Shown here piece after piece: positions 46,573 to 56,529 of a stretch of 64,000 nucleotides of DNA (position 1 is the stretch's first letter; each line of letters begins with the position of its first letter). The notes below the pieces were generated by a model. The model saw only the letters and a program-made list of their open reading frames with translations, was not told the DNA's origin and ran no database searches. The translations under genes were made by a program, and so were the position numbers. Source of the stretch: an uncultured Gammaproteobacteria bacterium (GTDB lineage: Bacteria; Patescibacteriota; Patescibacteriia; SG8-24); assembly GCA_964491475.1 (NCBI GenBank), contig CAZBFO010000001.1, positions 327,538 through 391,537 on the forward strand, in the 5' to 3' direction.

Positions 46573-46726
46573 TCGGAAAATCGTGAAAATTTTGCCAATA
46601 CGCAAAAACTCCCGGCGGAGCACCTACTAGGGTACCCCGGGAGCCGACGAGTTGTGCCTTGACCCTACAACAAAAGGGCGGTCCGGTCAACCGGGCCGCC
46701 CTGCTCTCCAAAACGGAACGGACGCA

Positions 46727-48079
46727 TTACGGATGCGTGAACGAATCCGCATTCGCCGGCACCGCCACATCCAGCGAGAACTGGTCGCGGATCTTCTGGG
46801 CCAGTTCCTCGGACGCGTGCGGCTCGCCGTGGTTCAGGTAAATCTTCTTGGGCAGCTTACGTCCGCTGGTGCACCATTTGAGCAGCTTGTTCTGATCGGC
46901 GTGCGCGGAATACGAGCCGATGACCTCGACCTTGGCGCGCACCTGCACCTCCTCGTGGTCGATGTACACCGACTTCGCCCCTTCGCTGATGGAACGCCCG
47001 ACGGTACCGACGGACTGATAACCGACCACCAGCAACGTGGTGTTCGCATCGTTCAGGTAGTCGACCAGGTGGTGCATGATGCGTCCGCCGTGCATCATGC
47101 CGCTGCCGGCGATGATGATCTTCGGTTTCGGCACGGCAAGAATGGCGCGCGACTCGTCGGGCTTCTTGGTAATGTTCAGTCCGGGGAACTTGAAGAAGTC
47201 GTCGCCGGAAGCTTTCAGCTCCGCGGCCTCTTGGTCGTAGTATTCGGAGAACTGGTGGTAGATGGGCAGCGCCTTGATGGCCAGCGGACTGTCGAGAAAG
47301 GTCTTGGTCGCCGGCACCTGCTTGGATTCCACCAGGTTATTGAGTTCGTACAAAATTTCCTGGGCGCGCTCCAGCGAGAAAGCGGGAATCAGCAGCGTCC
47401 CTTTCCTGTTGAAGTTGTCGATGACCGCAGCCTTGAGCCGTTCGGCGCGGTGCTGCGGGTCTTCATGCACGCGGTCGCCGTAGGTGGATTCCATCACCAC
47501 CACGTCGCCGTCGACGATGCGCGCCGTCGGTCGCAGAATCGGCACGTAATCGTTGCCGAGGTCGCCGGACATCACCAGCCTGGTGCCGTAAACGTCGGCC
47601 TCGACGAAGCCGGAGCCGAAGATGTGGCCCGCCTCGCGAAAGCAGAACGAAAAGTCGTTCGAAACCCGCACGGTGGTATCGTAGGCCACGCCGTGCACCA
47701 GATCGTACGCCGGCGCCACGTCCTTGGGCAGGTACAGCGCCGGACGCTTGTAACGACGGGCCTCATCCTTCATCACGTGCGAGGCGTCCTGCCACATCAG
47801 CCGCGAAAGCAGCCGAGTGGGATGCGTGGCGAAGATGCGTCCCTTGAAGCCTTCCTTCACCAGCCGCGGGATGCGGCCGGTATGGTCGATATGCGCATGC
47901 GTCATGATGACCGCGTCGATTGACGAGGGCTCGAACGGAAACGGCGCGCGGTTGCGGTCGAAGGAGTTGCCGTTGCCCTGAATCAAGCCGCAGTCCACCA
48001 GAACTCGAGTGGTCGGCGTCTCGATCAGCGAACAGGAACCGGTGACTTCGCGCGCGGCGCCGAGAAAAGTAATCTTCAT
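46727..48079 (-). CDS. MBL-fold beta-CASP family RNA-metabolising nuclease
   Basis: HAHIDHTG (HxHxDH), beta-CASP motifs, C-terminal His. 450 aa from MKITFLGA. Confidence 0.75.
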   Translation of the reverse strand: MKITFLGAAREVTGSCSLIETPTTRVLVDCGLIQGNGNSFDRNRAPFPFEPSSIDAVIMTHAHIDHTGRIPRLVKEGFKGRIFATHPTRLLSRLMWQDASHVMKDEARRYKRPALYLPKDVAPAYDLVHGVAYDTTVRVSNDFSFCFREAGHIFGSGFVEADVYGTRLVMSGDLGNDYVPILRPTARIVDGDVVVMESTYGDRVHEDPQHRAERLKAAVIDNFNRKGTLLIPAFSLERAQEILYELNNLVESKQVPATKTFLDSPLAIKALPIYHQFSEYYDQEAAELKASGDDFFKFPGLNITKKPDESRAILAVPKPKIIIAGSGMMHGGRIMHHLVDYLNDANTTLLVVGYQSVGTVGRSISEGAKSVYIDHEEVQVRAKVEVIGSYSAHADQNKLLKWCTSGRKLPKKIYLNHGEPHASEELAQKIRDQFSLDVAVPANADSFTHP

Positions 48080-48108
48080 ATCCACAAGAGTATAACACGG
48101 CCAGACGA

Positions 48109-48137
48109 TTGACAAAGCGGCAATTTTGTGGTAGTTT
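48109..48137 (+). promoter_or_regulatory. promoter TTGACAAAGCGGCAATTTTGTGGTAGTTT
   Basis: Family member. Divergent from the beta-CASP gene. 60 nt before the ATG at 48197. Confidence 0.5.
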
Positions 48138-48196
48138 GGACGAGTTTCGTACCTTTCGCCGGGTGACAGGCGCAACCCAAACCAAAAGAGGCAGAG

Positions 48197-48547
48197 ATGA
48201 TGCATGCCAGCAATTCCGTACGGCCCAGTTTCCCCGAACCGACTTTCGCCGGCAAGATTGGAAAAAGGGCCGCCCGGATGATCGGCATTCCGGAAGGCAC
48301 GCCGGTCCGATTCGCAAGGCACCCGAAGAATCCGGCGGTCGCGGTAGACGTCCGGGCCATCGACTTCGCCGCAGACGTCGAACGCACCGGCCCCACCAGC
48401 ATGAACGTCTCGCGCCACACGCCGGTCGAACGGTGGCTCACCGATTACGTCACCATCGGCGACGGTAGCATCGAGCCGTCGAACGACAAGGACCTCCTCG
48501 AGATCGTCGCCGGCTTCGTCGCCGGCTACTATCCGCTCCCGGTGTAG
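48197..48547 (+). CDS. hypothetical protein (116 aa)
   Basis: AAGAGG Shine-Dalgarno. No family recognised. Confidence 0.45.
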   Translation: MMHASNSVRPSFPEPTFAGKIGKRAARMIGIPEGTPVRFARHPKNPAVAVDVRAIDFAADVERTGPTSMNVSRHTPVERWLTDYVTIGDGSIEPSNDKDLLEIVAGFVAGYYPLPV

Positions 48548-48554
48548 CCCGCCC

Positions 48555-48580
48555 GCCCCTCGTCATGAGGGGCTTTTCTT
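48555..48580 (+). terminator. rho-independent terminator (GCCCCTC-GTCAT-GAGGGGC + TTTTCTT)
   Basis: 7-bp perfect stem. Confidence 0.75.
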
Positions 48581-48661
48581 TATCCGCATATTGACAATGA
48601 CCGTCTTTCTGGCACGGTGTCGCAAAGCCCTTTTCACCGCCGCAAGGCAAATGAGGTCATC

Positions 48662-49090
48662 GTGCGAAACGCTCTTCAGGCACGCATCCGCTGGACGCCG
48701 CCGCTGCTGCCACTGGTCATCCTGACCATGCTGGTCGTAGGTCTCAACGCCTTCGACGGCTACGCCACGCTCCACGCCTGCAGAACGATGGGTGCCGTGG
48801 AGCTGAACCCGGTGATGGCCTTCCTGCTGTCAATCGGTCCGTCTGCGTTCATGAGCGCCAAGACGTTGGGAGTGGCGCTTGCCCTGTCAGTACTTGCCTA
48901 CTGCCTGCATCACCCGCGAGTGCGCGACTCCGTGCGAAAAATCGGCTGGGGCGGCCTCATCGCCCTAAGCGCGATTTACTTCGCCCTCTGCGTCTGGCAC
49001 GTCCTGGTCATGACCGGGACCGTCATGCCGCCGGAAGCAGCTCCGGCGATCGAACCGGTCTGCGTCCGATACGAAAGCCGACCCCGGTGA
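48662..49090 (+). CDS. hypothetical integral membrane protein (about 142 aa, 4 TM)
   Basis: GTG start with GAGG Shine-Dalgarno. The ORF-track start at 48617 lies inside the promoter TTGACA...-10 and is rejected. Confidence 0.45.
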   Translation: MRNALQARIRWTPPLLPLVILTMLVVGLNAFDGYATLHACRTMGAVELNPVMAFLLSIGPSAFMSAKTLGVALALSVLAYCLHHPRVRDSVRKIGWGGLIALSAIYFALCVWHVLVMTGTVMPPEAAPAIEPVCVRYESRPR

Positions 49091-49105
49091 GGGTCGGCTT
49101 TTTTG
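49076..49105. terminator. bidirectional terminator (AGCCGACCC-loop-GGGTCGGCT + T6)
   Basis: 9-bp stem between convergent genes. Confidence 0.7.
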
Positions 49106-49121
49106 CCGCTTGATCAGTTTG

Positions 49122-49430
49122 CTACGGCAGTTCCTGCTTTTCCCATCGCTTCAGGCGCGGAATGGTAGCCGCGGCAAGCTCCTTGGCCTTCTCGCCCGGC
49201 AGGTGCAGCACGCGCGTCATGTGACTGACTGATTTCTCGATCATGTCTTTCATCGCCAGCTGCGGCTCGACGAACGCCCCGCCGGCATAGCAGAACTTGC
49301 AGTATTCCTTGACCGGCGAGCCGTCTGCGGCGGTGCCGAGGAAGGTGGCGTCCATGGGGCCGCCGGTATGCAGCGGCATGCCGCAGCTCTGGCAGCGTGA
49401 AGCGAGGTCCTTGTCGGCAATGGGTTCCAT
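49122..49430 (-). CDS. zinc-ribbon domain protein (about 102 aa)
   Basis: CQSCGMPL...CKFCY double CxxC. Confidence 0.5.
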   Translation of the reverse strand: MEPIADKDLASRCQSCGMPLHTGGPMDATFLGTAADGSPVKEYCKFCYAGGAFVEPQLAMKDMIEKSVSHMTRVLHLPGEKAKELAAATIPRLKRWEKQELP

Positions 49431-49521
49431 AATGAGGAGGTAAGAGGAAGGCGTTTCGTACCGATACGATAACAAAAACGGCGGACACGCGCCAAGGGCG
49501 TCCGCCGCGACGGCATTTCAG

Positions 49522-50901
49522 CTACCATCGTACCCCGTGTCCCATGAACCGGAGCAGCTCGTGCCTGATACCGTTGGCCTTGCAGATGTCGGCGTAGACG
49601 TACGCCGAACGGCGCGGCGTGCGCTTCATTGTCGCGTAATCGACCGCTACCAGGCCAAAACGGCCGCTGAAGCCCTTTTCCCACTCGTAGTTGTCCATCA
49701 GCGACCAGTGGAAGTACCCCAGAATCGGCACGCCGGACTTGACGGCATGGTACACCTCCTTGAGCGCCGCCACGATGACGCGCGGGCGCTTGCCGTCGTC
49801 GGCGTTGGCCACGCCATGCTCGGTGATGATGATCGGCTTGCCGTAGCGGTGCATCGACATGATGGCGTCGAAGATGCCCGCAGCGTTGATTTCCCAACCC
49901 AGGTCGCTGACCTCGCGGTTCTCGGTGTGCACTTCGTAGAAGAGCTGCGCGATCTTGGTCGGCACGTACTTCATGCGGTGATGGAAGTAGTAGTTGATGC
50001 CGATGAAATCATGCGCCCCTTTGGTCCAGTTGAAGAACTGGCGGTTGTACACCTTGTCGGCGAACCACACGAACAGGTTGTCCGTGAGCGATTGCTTGCG
50101 GTACGGCTCGAGGGTCATCACGTTCTGGGCGATGCCGACCATGACCGGCGGGACCTTCCCCTCCTTGGCCGCGGGGTCGAGCTCGCGATGCAACGCCCGA
50201 TATCCGGCCTTGTGCGCCAGGCACATCTTGCTGAAGACGTGGATGTTGCGGATGGGACTGGTCACTCCCGGCGGCCAGACGCCGGCGCCGTACGACTGCA
50301 GCAGGTAGACCATCGGTTCGTTCATGGTGATCCAAAAGTCGACCGACTCGCCGTACTCCTTGGCGAGCAGCGTCACGTACCTTTCGTACAGCTTGATGGC
50401 CTTGCCCGATTCCCAACCGCCCTGATCGGCGAACCATTTGGGCAGCGTGAAGTGCCAAGCGGTCAACATCACCTTGAAACCGCGGTCCTTGAGCGCCTTG
50501 AGCACCTTGCGGTAGTGCTCGATCTCGTTCCGGTCCCACTTCCCTTCCTCGGGCTCGATGCGGGCCCACTCCACCGAAAAACGGTGGGCGTTGTGGCCGA
50601 GTTCTTTCGACATGTCGAAGTCCGACTCGTAGCGGTTGTAGTGATCATCGGCGCGACCCGACGGGTTGCCGTCGAGAATGTGTCCGGGAACCTGTTCCCA
50701 AGGATACCAGTCGTTCTTGGTGTTGCCGCCCTCCACCTGATGCGCGGCGGTGGCCGAACCCCACAGGAAACCTTCGGGAAACTTGCGCGTCTCGTGGATG
50801 TGCGGGCGCGCCTGCGGCAGCTCGCTCAAATACTCCATTCCGGAGTGCTCATGGCCGCGCTCTTCCTGGGCGGTATTTTTGGCTTCGGCGGCATCATTCA
50901 T
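49522..50901 (-). CDS. glycoside hydrolase family 1 (beta-glucosidase-like)
   Basis: FLWGSATAAHQVEG, acid/base TMNEP, and nucleophile region IIITEHGVA (TENG variant with His). Probably leaderless. Confidence 0.8.
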   Translation of the reverse strand: MNDAAEAKNTAQEERGHEHSGMEYLSELPQARPHIHETRKFPEGFLWGSATAAHQVEGGNTKNDWYPWEQVPGHILDGNPSGRADDHYNRYESDFDMSKELGHNAHRFSVEWARIEPEEGKWDRNEIEHYRKVLKALKDRGFKVMLTAWHFTLPKWFADQGGWESGKAIKLYERYVTLLAKEYGESVDFWITMNEPMVYLLQSYGAGVWPPGVTSPIRNIHVFSKMCLAHKAGYRALHRELDPAAKEGKVPPVMVGIAQNVMTLEPYRKQSLTDNLFVWFADKVYNRQFFNWTKGAHDFIGINYYFHHRMKYVPTKIAQLFYEVHTENREVSDLGWEINAAGIFDAIMSMHRYGKPIIITEHGVANADDGKRPRVIVAALKEVYHAVKSGVPILGYFHWSLMDNYEWEKGFSGRFGLVAVDYATMKRTPRRSAYVYADICKANGIRHELLRFMGHGVRW

Positions 50902-50909
50902 ACCACCGT

Positions 50910-50938
50910 AGTATACCACTTTTTGGCGAACTTCTCAA
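50910..50938 (-). promoter_or_regulatory. promoter TTGAGA-17-TGgTATACT placed 8 nt before the GH1 ATG (leaderless configuration)
   Basis: -35 revcomp of 50933-50938. -10 revcomp of 50910-50915 with upstream TG. Confidence 0.5.
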
Positions 50939-51085
50939 GCTTATCTAGTCACCTTATAAAAGAGCTTTTTTTGGCTACATATATACAAAAAAACGGCCTT
51001 TTGGAGGTCGCCGAAAGTCGTCAAGCACTTAGCATGACGTTATCACATTTGGACGTTTTTGTCAAGGATGCCGGGCAGTCGATGT

Positions 51086-51613
51086 TCAACCCTTCCGATA
51101 CAGGTGCAGACCCTTGGTGTCGCTTTCCTGCTGCCATTCGGGAAAGGTAAAGGCGAAAGAAATCACCCGGCTGCCCGGGCGCAGTTCGTTTTGCAACTTC
51201 TGCTGCATCCTGGCCATTTGCGTGGTGAATAGGAAGAGCGTCACCACGTCTGCGTCGCGAAAATGCTCTTCCCAATACGAACCCAAGTGAATCTTCGCCT
51301 TGCCTGCCAGGCCTTGCCTCCTGATCTGCCAGTTGGAGTACAGCCACAGGTACGGGCTGATTTCCCAACCGACGGCATTCGCACCCGCTTTGGCGGCAGC
51401 GATGACGATGCGCCCGTCACCCGAGCCCAAATCGTACAGTTTTTCGCCGGGCTTGAGCCCGGTCAGCGCCAACATCGCGTCAACGCGTTCCCGGTCTGTC
51501 GGCAGATACGGCGCGCCGAACAGCGACGCAAAAGCCGTCGTCGCGAAAAGCGCGCCGCCGAGCAGCCCGAGCAAGACTGCGAAGATGACCAAGGCGATCA
51601 ATGCCGGAGACAT
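51086..51613 (-). CDS. class I SAM-dependent methyltransferase, membrane-anchored (175 aa)
   Basis: Motif I DLGSGDGRIV after an N-terminal TM. Confidence 0.6.
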   Translation of the reverse strand: MSPALIALVIFAVLLGLLGGALFATTAFASLFGAPYLPTDRERVDAMLALTGLKPGEKLYDLGSGDGRIVIAAAKAGANAVGWEISPYLWLYSNWQIRRQGLAGKAKIHLGSYWEEHFRDADVVTLFLFTTQMARMQQKLQNELRPGSRVISFAFTFPEWQQESDTKGLHLYRKG

Positions 51614-51632
51614 AACGAAAAGCCGCCCCCTA

Positions 51633-52085
51633 CTAGAGGATCGGCTCGTCTTCTTCCTGGTGGGGATCCAGATTCTCTTCCCCCGGCTCGTGGCCGACGA
51701 ATCCCGATTCCTCGGGCGTCAGCTCCACCAGTTCCGGCTCCACCTCCAACGGCGCGATTTCGCAGAACTCGTCGAAACCGCCGGCCAGGAACTCGGCGTT
51801 CTTGTAACCGAGCGCCTGGAGGTCTTCGTGAATCTTCTTGATGTCGGTCTCCTGCGTCGGACCGACGATGACCACTACCTTCTGCTCCTTGTTGGGCAGC
51901 AAGTTCTCGATGTTGCTGTGCAGCTCCTTGGCGGGGATGTTCAGCGAGTCCTTGATGTGTCCCGCCTCGAATTCGAGGCGGTCGCGAAGATCGATGACCA
52001 CGTGTTCCTTGGCCTGCTTTCCGTGCAGGTCGAGCAGGTGCTGGCAGGTGACGTGCGGGACGTTGGCGCGGTGTTCGGTAGCCAT
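51633..52085 (-). CDS. rhodanese-like domain protein (active-site Cys apparently absent)
   Basis: Rhodanese fold pattern (HVVIDLRDRLEFEAGHIKDSLNIP ... VVVIVGPTQE). No CxxGxR cysteine. Confidence 0.5.
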   Translation of the reverse strand: MATEHRANVPHVTCQHLLDLHGKQAKEHVVIDLRDRLEFEAGHIKDSLNIPAKELHSNIENLLPNKEQKVVVIVGPTQETDIKKIHEDLQALGYKNAEFLAGGFDEFCEIAPLEVEPELVELTPEESGFVGHEPGEENLDPHQEEDEPIL

Positions 52086-52147
52086 AGCGTATGAAGAGAT
52101 AACGGCGTCAGTGTAGCGGATGAGGCCTTTTTTTGCCAGGCCGCAGG

Positions 52148-53299
52148 TCATTGCAGAGGATCGGCGATATGATAGTTGAGGAAGAATTCCACCGGCACGT
52201 CATGGACCCGTTTGGCCCAGTTATCGCCAAAAACGGTCCGAGCCAAGTCCTCCGTCGGGACCCAGCGGATGGTGCCGATGCTGTCGGTCACCACGTACAC
52301 CTTGGGGTCGGTCTGGATCTTCACTAGCGACCCGGCGCGCATCGTGACGTTCCCGATCAGGCGATATTCGGAAGCGTTCGTCGGAGTAATAAGCTCGACG
52401 TTCTTGAAATCGGGATACCAGGAGAAGTAAGTGGCCTCGTTGGGAAACACCAGGCGGTACGGGCCGTTCAGCAGGCAGTACAGCGACGATGACGTCGGGG
52501 CACTGACTACGTATCCGCACCCGGAATCTTCCTGACGGTACGCCAGATGGGCGCCGTCGAAGCGGGCTGCGTCGGCATGGGTCAGGTAGCGGTCGTGAAG
52601 GCGGCTGCCGAAGGTGTCCATCCAGGCAATCAGGTTCATCACGTCGCCCAGCTCGTAGTCGATGATCTTCCGTTCGCCCGTCTTGTCGTCATCGGTATAA
52701 TTGACGCGATCGGCGATGCCGACGACGTTTCCGCCGGCGTCGACGGCCGGCCCTCCGGAGTAGCCTTGGGTGATGACGGCATCGCTGCCTATGGAGCCGC
52801 GACGGAAGTTCTTGATGCTCCCGTCGGAGGTTTTCATGTCTTCGCCCCCCTCCGGAAAGCCGTAGACCGTCAGATGGTCGCCCACCGTCGCGAACTCGTT
52901 GGTCTTGATCGGAGCCGACGGCAGCGATCCCTTGCCGGATATCTTGGTGCCGAGCTTGAGCACTGCGAAGTCGCGGCTGACGCGCTCGTCAAATATGGCG
53001 TGCTCGACTGTGGCATGGAAATAGGTGTCGGGGACCAAGGAGTCCCCCGTCGCGAAACCGACCACGCATTGCGACGCCAGCTCCTGGTTGTTCGGATTCA
53101 TGGCCACGTGGCCGACGGTGACCACATATCCCCCATCGTTGAGGCTGGTCAGGGCGCCCGTGCCCAAGCGCGTATCGCAGATGATCTTGGCGACCGCGCC
53201 CTGAATGGCGTTGGGCGCCGCCGAAACGGAACCGGCCACGACAAAACCGGCCGCCAACGCTGCGCCCGACATCATTATTTTTCGGCGAAACTGGCGCAT
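52148..53299 (-). CDS. secreted trypsin-like (S1) serine protease with an extra C-terminal domain
   Basis: Signal peptide MRQFRRKIMMSGAALAAGFVVAGSVSA. Triad contexts TVGHV, DFAVLKL, GYSGGPAV. Confidence 0.65.
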   Translation of the reverse strand: MRQFRRKIMMSGAALAAGFVVAGSVSAAPNAIQGAVAKIICDTRLGTGALTSLNDGGYVVTVGHVAMNPNNQELASQCVVGFATGDSLVPDTYFHATVEHAIFDERVSRDFAVLKLGTKISGKGSLPSAPIKTNEFATVGDHLTVYGFPEGGEDMKTSDGSIKNFRRGSIGSDAVITQGYSGGPAVDAGGNVVGIADRVNYTDDDKTGERKIIDYELGDVMNLIAWMDTFGSRLHDRYLTHADAARFDGAHLAYRQEDSGCGYVVSAPTSSSLYCLLNGPYRLVFPNEATYFSWYPDFKNVELITPTNASEYRLIGNVTMRAGSLVKIQTDPKVYVVTDSIGTIRWVPTEDLARTVFGDNWAKRVHDVPVEFFLNYHIADPLQ

Positions 53300-53366
53300 G
53301 ACCCCATGATAGCACGGCCTTTCCGCCATAACCAAAACCCGGCCCCTCGCGGGACCGGGCTGCCGA

Positions 53367-55184
53367 TTATTCTTCCTTCTTGCTGTCACGCAGCATGCGC
53401 TTGCGGTCGTTCGGGTCCAGGTAGAGCTTGCGGATGCGGACGTTGAGCGGGGTGACCTCCACCAGCTCGTCGTCGCCGATGTACTCGAGAGCGTCTTCCA
53501 GGCCCATGATGCGCGGGGTGTCGATGCTGTCGGCGCCGCCGTCGCCCTTGGAGCGCATGTTGGACAGCTTCTTTTCCTTGCAGACGTTGACCTCGAGGTC
53601 TTCGGCCTTGGCGTTCTTGCCGACCACCTGGCCGCAGTACACCTGCACGCCGTCGCCCAGGAACAGCTGGCCGCGCTCCTGCGCGGCGACCAGCGCGTAG
53701 TTGCGGGTCTCGCCGGCCTCGAAGGCAATCAGTGAACCGTGCTCGCCGGAGGAAAGCTCGCCCTTGTATTCCTGGTAGCCAAGGAAAAGGCTGTTCATGA
53801 TGCCGAGGCCCTTGGTGTCGGTGAGCAGCTCCGAGCGGTAGCCTATGAGGCCGCGGGTCGGAATCTCGAACTCCAGGTAGGCGATCTTGTTCTCGACCTT
53901 CATGTCCTTCATTTCGGCGCGGCGCTTGCCCATCTTCTCGATGACCACGCCGGAGTGCTCTTCGGGGACTTCCACGGAGACGTGCTCCATCGGTTCCATC
54001 TTCTTGCCGTCGACCTCCTTGATGATGACCTGCGGCTTGGAAACTTGAAGCTCGTAGCCCTCGCGGCGCATCTTTTCGATCAGGATCGAGAGGTGCAGTT
54101 CGCCGCGGCCGGCCATTTCGAACCTGTCGGCGGAATCGGTCGGAAACATCTTGAGGGCCACGTCGGTCTCCAGTTCGCGCTCCAGGCGCTCCTTGATCTG
54201 GCGCGAGGTGGTGTACTGGCCTTCCTTGCCGGCGAACGGCGAAGTGTTGACGCCGAAGGTCATCTTGACGGTCGGCTCCTCGATGGCGATGGTCGGTAGG
54301 GCGATGGGGTTGTTGGGATCGGCGACGGTCTCGCCGATGGAAACGTCGGAAATGCCGGAAATGGCCACGATGTCGCCGGCGAAGACCTCGTCAACTTCCA
54401 GGCGGCTCATGCCCATGAAGGTCATCACGGCGGTGATGCGCACCTTCTTGACGGCCCCGGCGCGGTTGATGTGCGCCACCTCCTGGCCCTTCTTGATGCT
54501 GCCGGAGTACAGGCGGCCGACGGCGATCTTGCCCTTGAAGTTGTCGTAGGAGAGATTGACGGTCAGCATCTGCAACGGGGCAGAGGCGTCGGCCTTGGCG
54601 ACCGGGATGACCTTGAGAATGGTGTCGAATACCGGGACGATGTCGGTCATCGTTGAAAGGTCCGGCTCAAGACCCGCCTTGCCCTGCACGCCCGAGGCGT
54701 AAATCACGGGGAAATCGGTCTGCTCGTCGCTGGCGCCCAGCTCGACGAAAAGGTCGAAGGTCTTGTCCAGGACCCAATCGATGCGCGCTTCCGGCTTGTC
54801 GATCTTGTTGATGACCACGATGATCTTGTGGCCGGCCTGGATGGCCTTGCGCAGCACGAACTTGGTCTGCGGCATCGGGCCTTCCTTGGCGTCCACCAGC
54901 AGGATGGCGCCGTCGACCATGCGCATGATGCGCTCCACTTCGCCGCCGAAGTCGGCGTGGCCGGGGGTGTCGACGATGTTGATTTTTACACCGCCAAACT
55001 CAACGGCCGCGTTCTTGGAGAAAATGGTGATGCCGCGCTCGCGCTCCAGGTCGTTGGAGTCCATGAGCAAGTCTCCCCCGGCCTCCTTTTTGAGGGCGTG
55101 GGACTGGCGAAGCAGGGCGTCCACGAGGGTGGTCTTGCCGTGGTCGACGTGAGCGATGATGGCGACGTTGCGGATTTCTTGCAT
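53367..55184 (-). CDS. typA: translational GTPase TypA/BipA
   Basis: IRNVAIIAHVDHGKTTL, DTPGHADF, NKIDK, and a BipA-type C-terminal domain. 605 aa. Confidence 0.95.
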   Translation of the reverse strand: MQEIRNVAIIAHVDHGKTTLVDALLRQSHALKKEAGGDLLMDSNDLERERGITIFSKNAAVEFGGVKINIVDTPGHADFGGEVERIMRMVDGAILLVDAKEGPMPQTKFVLRKAIQAGHKIIVVINKIDKPEARIDWVLDKTFDLFVELGASDEQTDFPVIYASGVQGKAGLEPDLSTMTDIVPVFDTILKVIPVAKADASAPLQMLTVNLSYDNFKGKIAVGRLYSGSIKKGQEVAHINRAGAVKKVRITAVMTFMGMSRLEVDEVFAGDIVAISGISDVSIGETVADPNNPIALPTIAIEEPTVKMTFGVNTSPFAGKEGQYTTSRQIKERLERELETDVALKMFPTDSADRFEMAGRGELHLSILIEKMRREGYELQVSKPQVIIKEVDGKKMEPMEHVSVEVPEEHSGVVIEKMGKRRAEMKDMKVENKIAYLEFEIPTRGLIGYRSELLTDTKGLGIMNSLFLGYQEYKGELSSGEHGSLIAFEAGETRNYALVAAQERGQLFLGDGVQVYCGQVVGKNAKAEDLEVNVCKEKKLSNMRSKGDGGADSIDTPRIMGLEDALEYIGDDELVEVTPLNVRIRKLYLDPNDRKRMLRDSKKEE

Positions 55185-55423
55185 ACGTTTGCGGTGCGGG
55201 CGACGGACGGTCCTCCCTGTACGCCAATAAGGCGAAAAAAATGCGCGGAACAAGGTTCCGCTGCGTGGGCCTAAACTATCACGGACAGGTCCGTCTGTCA
55301 ACCTTTACGGGCGCGCCCGGCTTGCCGCAGAGCCCCTGCCGAAACCTTCCAACGCGCGCAAAATCGCGGCCACCGATTAAGGCGGCCGCGAGCGTTCATG
55401 CATTACGGCAGCCTGACCGCCGT

Positions 55424-56407
55424 CTAATTGCTCGGAAGCACGGGTGCCGGGGATTGCCCCTCCGGGACCTGCTGACCGTTATCAGAAGCGGCCGGCTCGT
55501 TGTTCCAGCATTTCTTTTCGCCGGTCGAAAGGACGCCGCAGAGGGTGTAAGTCCTTCCGTCATCACCGACCGAGTATTCGAAATTGTCGGCAAGACCGGC
55601 GGCGTTCGGGTCATTCCAGGCTTCCATCAGGACTTCCTTGAGGGTCGCCGGCAGCGGCCCACGCAGCGCGACGAAGTCGATCACCCCCGGCAATTGGGGA
55701 CCAAATTGCAGGATGGTCTCGTCCCTGCTGGCACGAATCTCCGCGGCCTGTTTGTTTTTCAGCTGCGAAATCTGCTGCTGCATGCCGAACGGCAAGGCTT
55801 CGAGCACCTTGGGGTTGTTCCCGAACGACGCCCAAAGGATCATGCCGAGCAACAGGTAAAAAAGCACAATATACAGCAACCACGAATATCGTTCCGCGCG
55901 TCGGACGTCCATGCCCAAAACGCGTTCCGCCGCACGCGCTTGCTTTGAAAGGAATCTGCGGGACAGGAGATACGTGACGACGGGGACGGCGATGACCTTC
56001 ATTGCGATGCTAAGGACGTCCCCGTGGGACAAAAACGCCGCCACGAGGCGAGGAAGGGGCCAGAAAAGTCCGATTGCCGTCAGGAAAACGACGATCTTTT
56101 CCGCTCGATCGTCATCAACGGCACTTTTGGCGATAACGTAACGGATGCCGAGGAAAAGCCCAGGGACAAGCGCGAGCAGGTACAGCACCAGCTTCAGGAC
56201 GAGCAGAAGCGGCGCAAGGCCGGACAGCGGCGCTTCAGCGTAGCTGACCGCAAGTCCGGCCAGCAGCAGGAAGGGAGCGCTGCCGACGGCTTGGGTTACC
56301 AAAACCGTCGTCACCTGCCAAAACAGGCTCCTGCGCGGTTTGGCGTCAGACGAGGGCGTAGCGGTCGAAGCAGATTGTTGCATGTCCATAGGCACTGATT
56401 CCTCCAT
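55424..56407 (-). CDS. hypothetical polytopic membrane protein (327 aa)
   Basis: 6-7 hydrophobic helices and a C-terminal soluble segment with a Cys pair. Confidence 0.45.
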   Translation of the reverse strand: MEESVPMDMQQSASTATPSSDAKPRRSLFWQVTTVLVTQAVGSAPFLLLAGLAVSYAEAPLSGLAPLLLVLKLVLYLLALVPGLFLGIRYVIAKSAVDDDRAEKIVVFLTAIGLFWPLPRLVAAFLSHGDVLSIAMKVIAVPVVTYLLSRRFLSKQARAAERVLGMDVRRAERYSWLLYIVLFYLLLGMILWASFGNNPKVLEALPFGMQQQISQLKNKQAAEIRASRDETILQFGPQLPGVIDFVALRGPLPATLKEVLMEAWNDPNAAGLADNFEYSVGDDGRTYTLCGVLSTGEKKCWNNEPAASDNGQQVPEGQSPAPVLPSN

Positions 56408-56529
56408 CCTATTTAACTCGATAACTATAGCAAATCAATTGCTTTTCGGCTCCCTAGCCGTTCTGGCCAAAGCGATTACACATCGCAAAACCGGCCCCAT
56501 TTGAGGGGCCGGTCCGCGCCGGAGCGATG

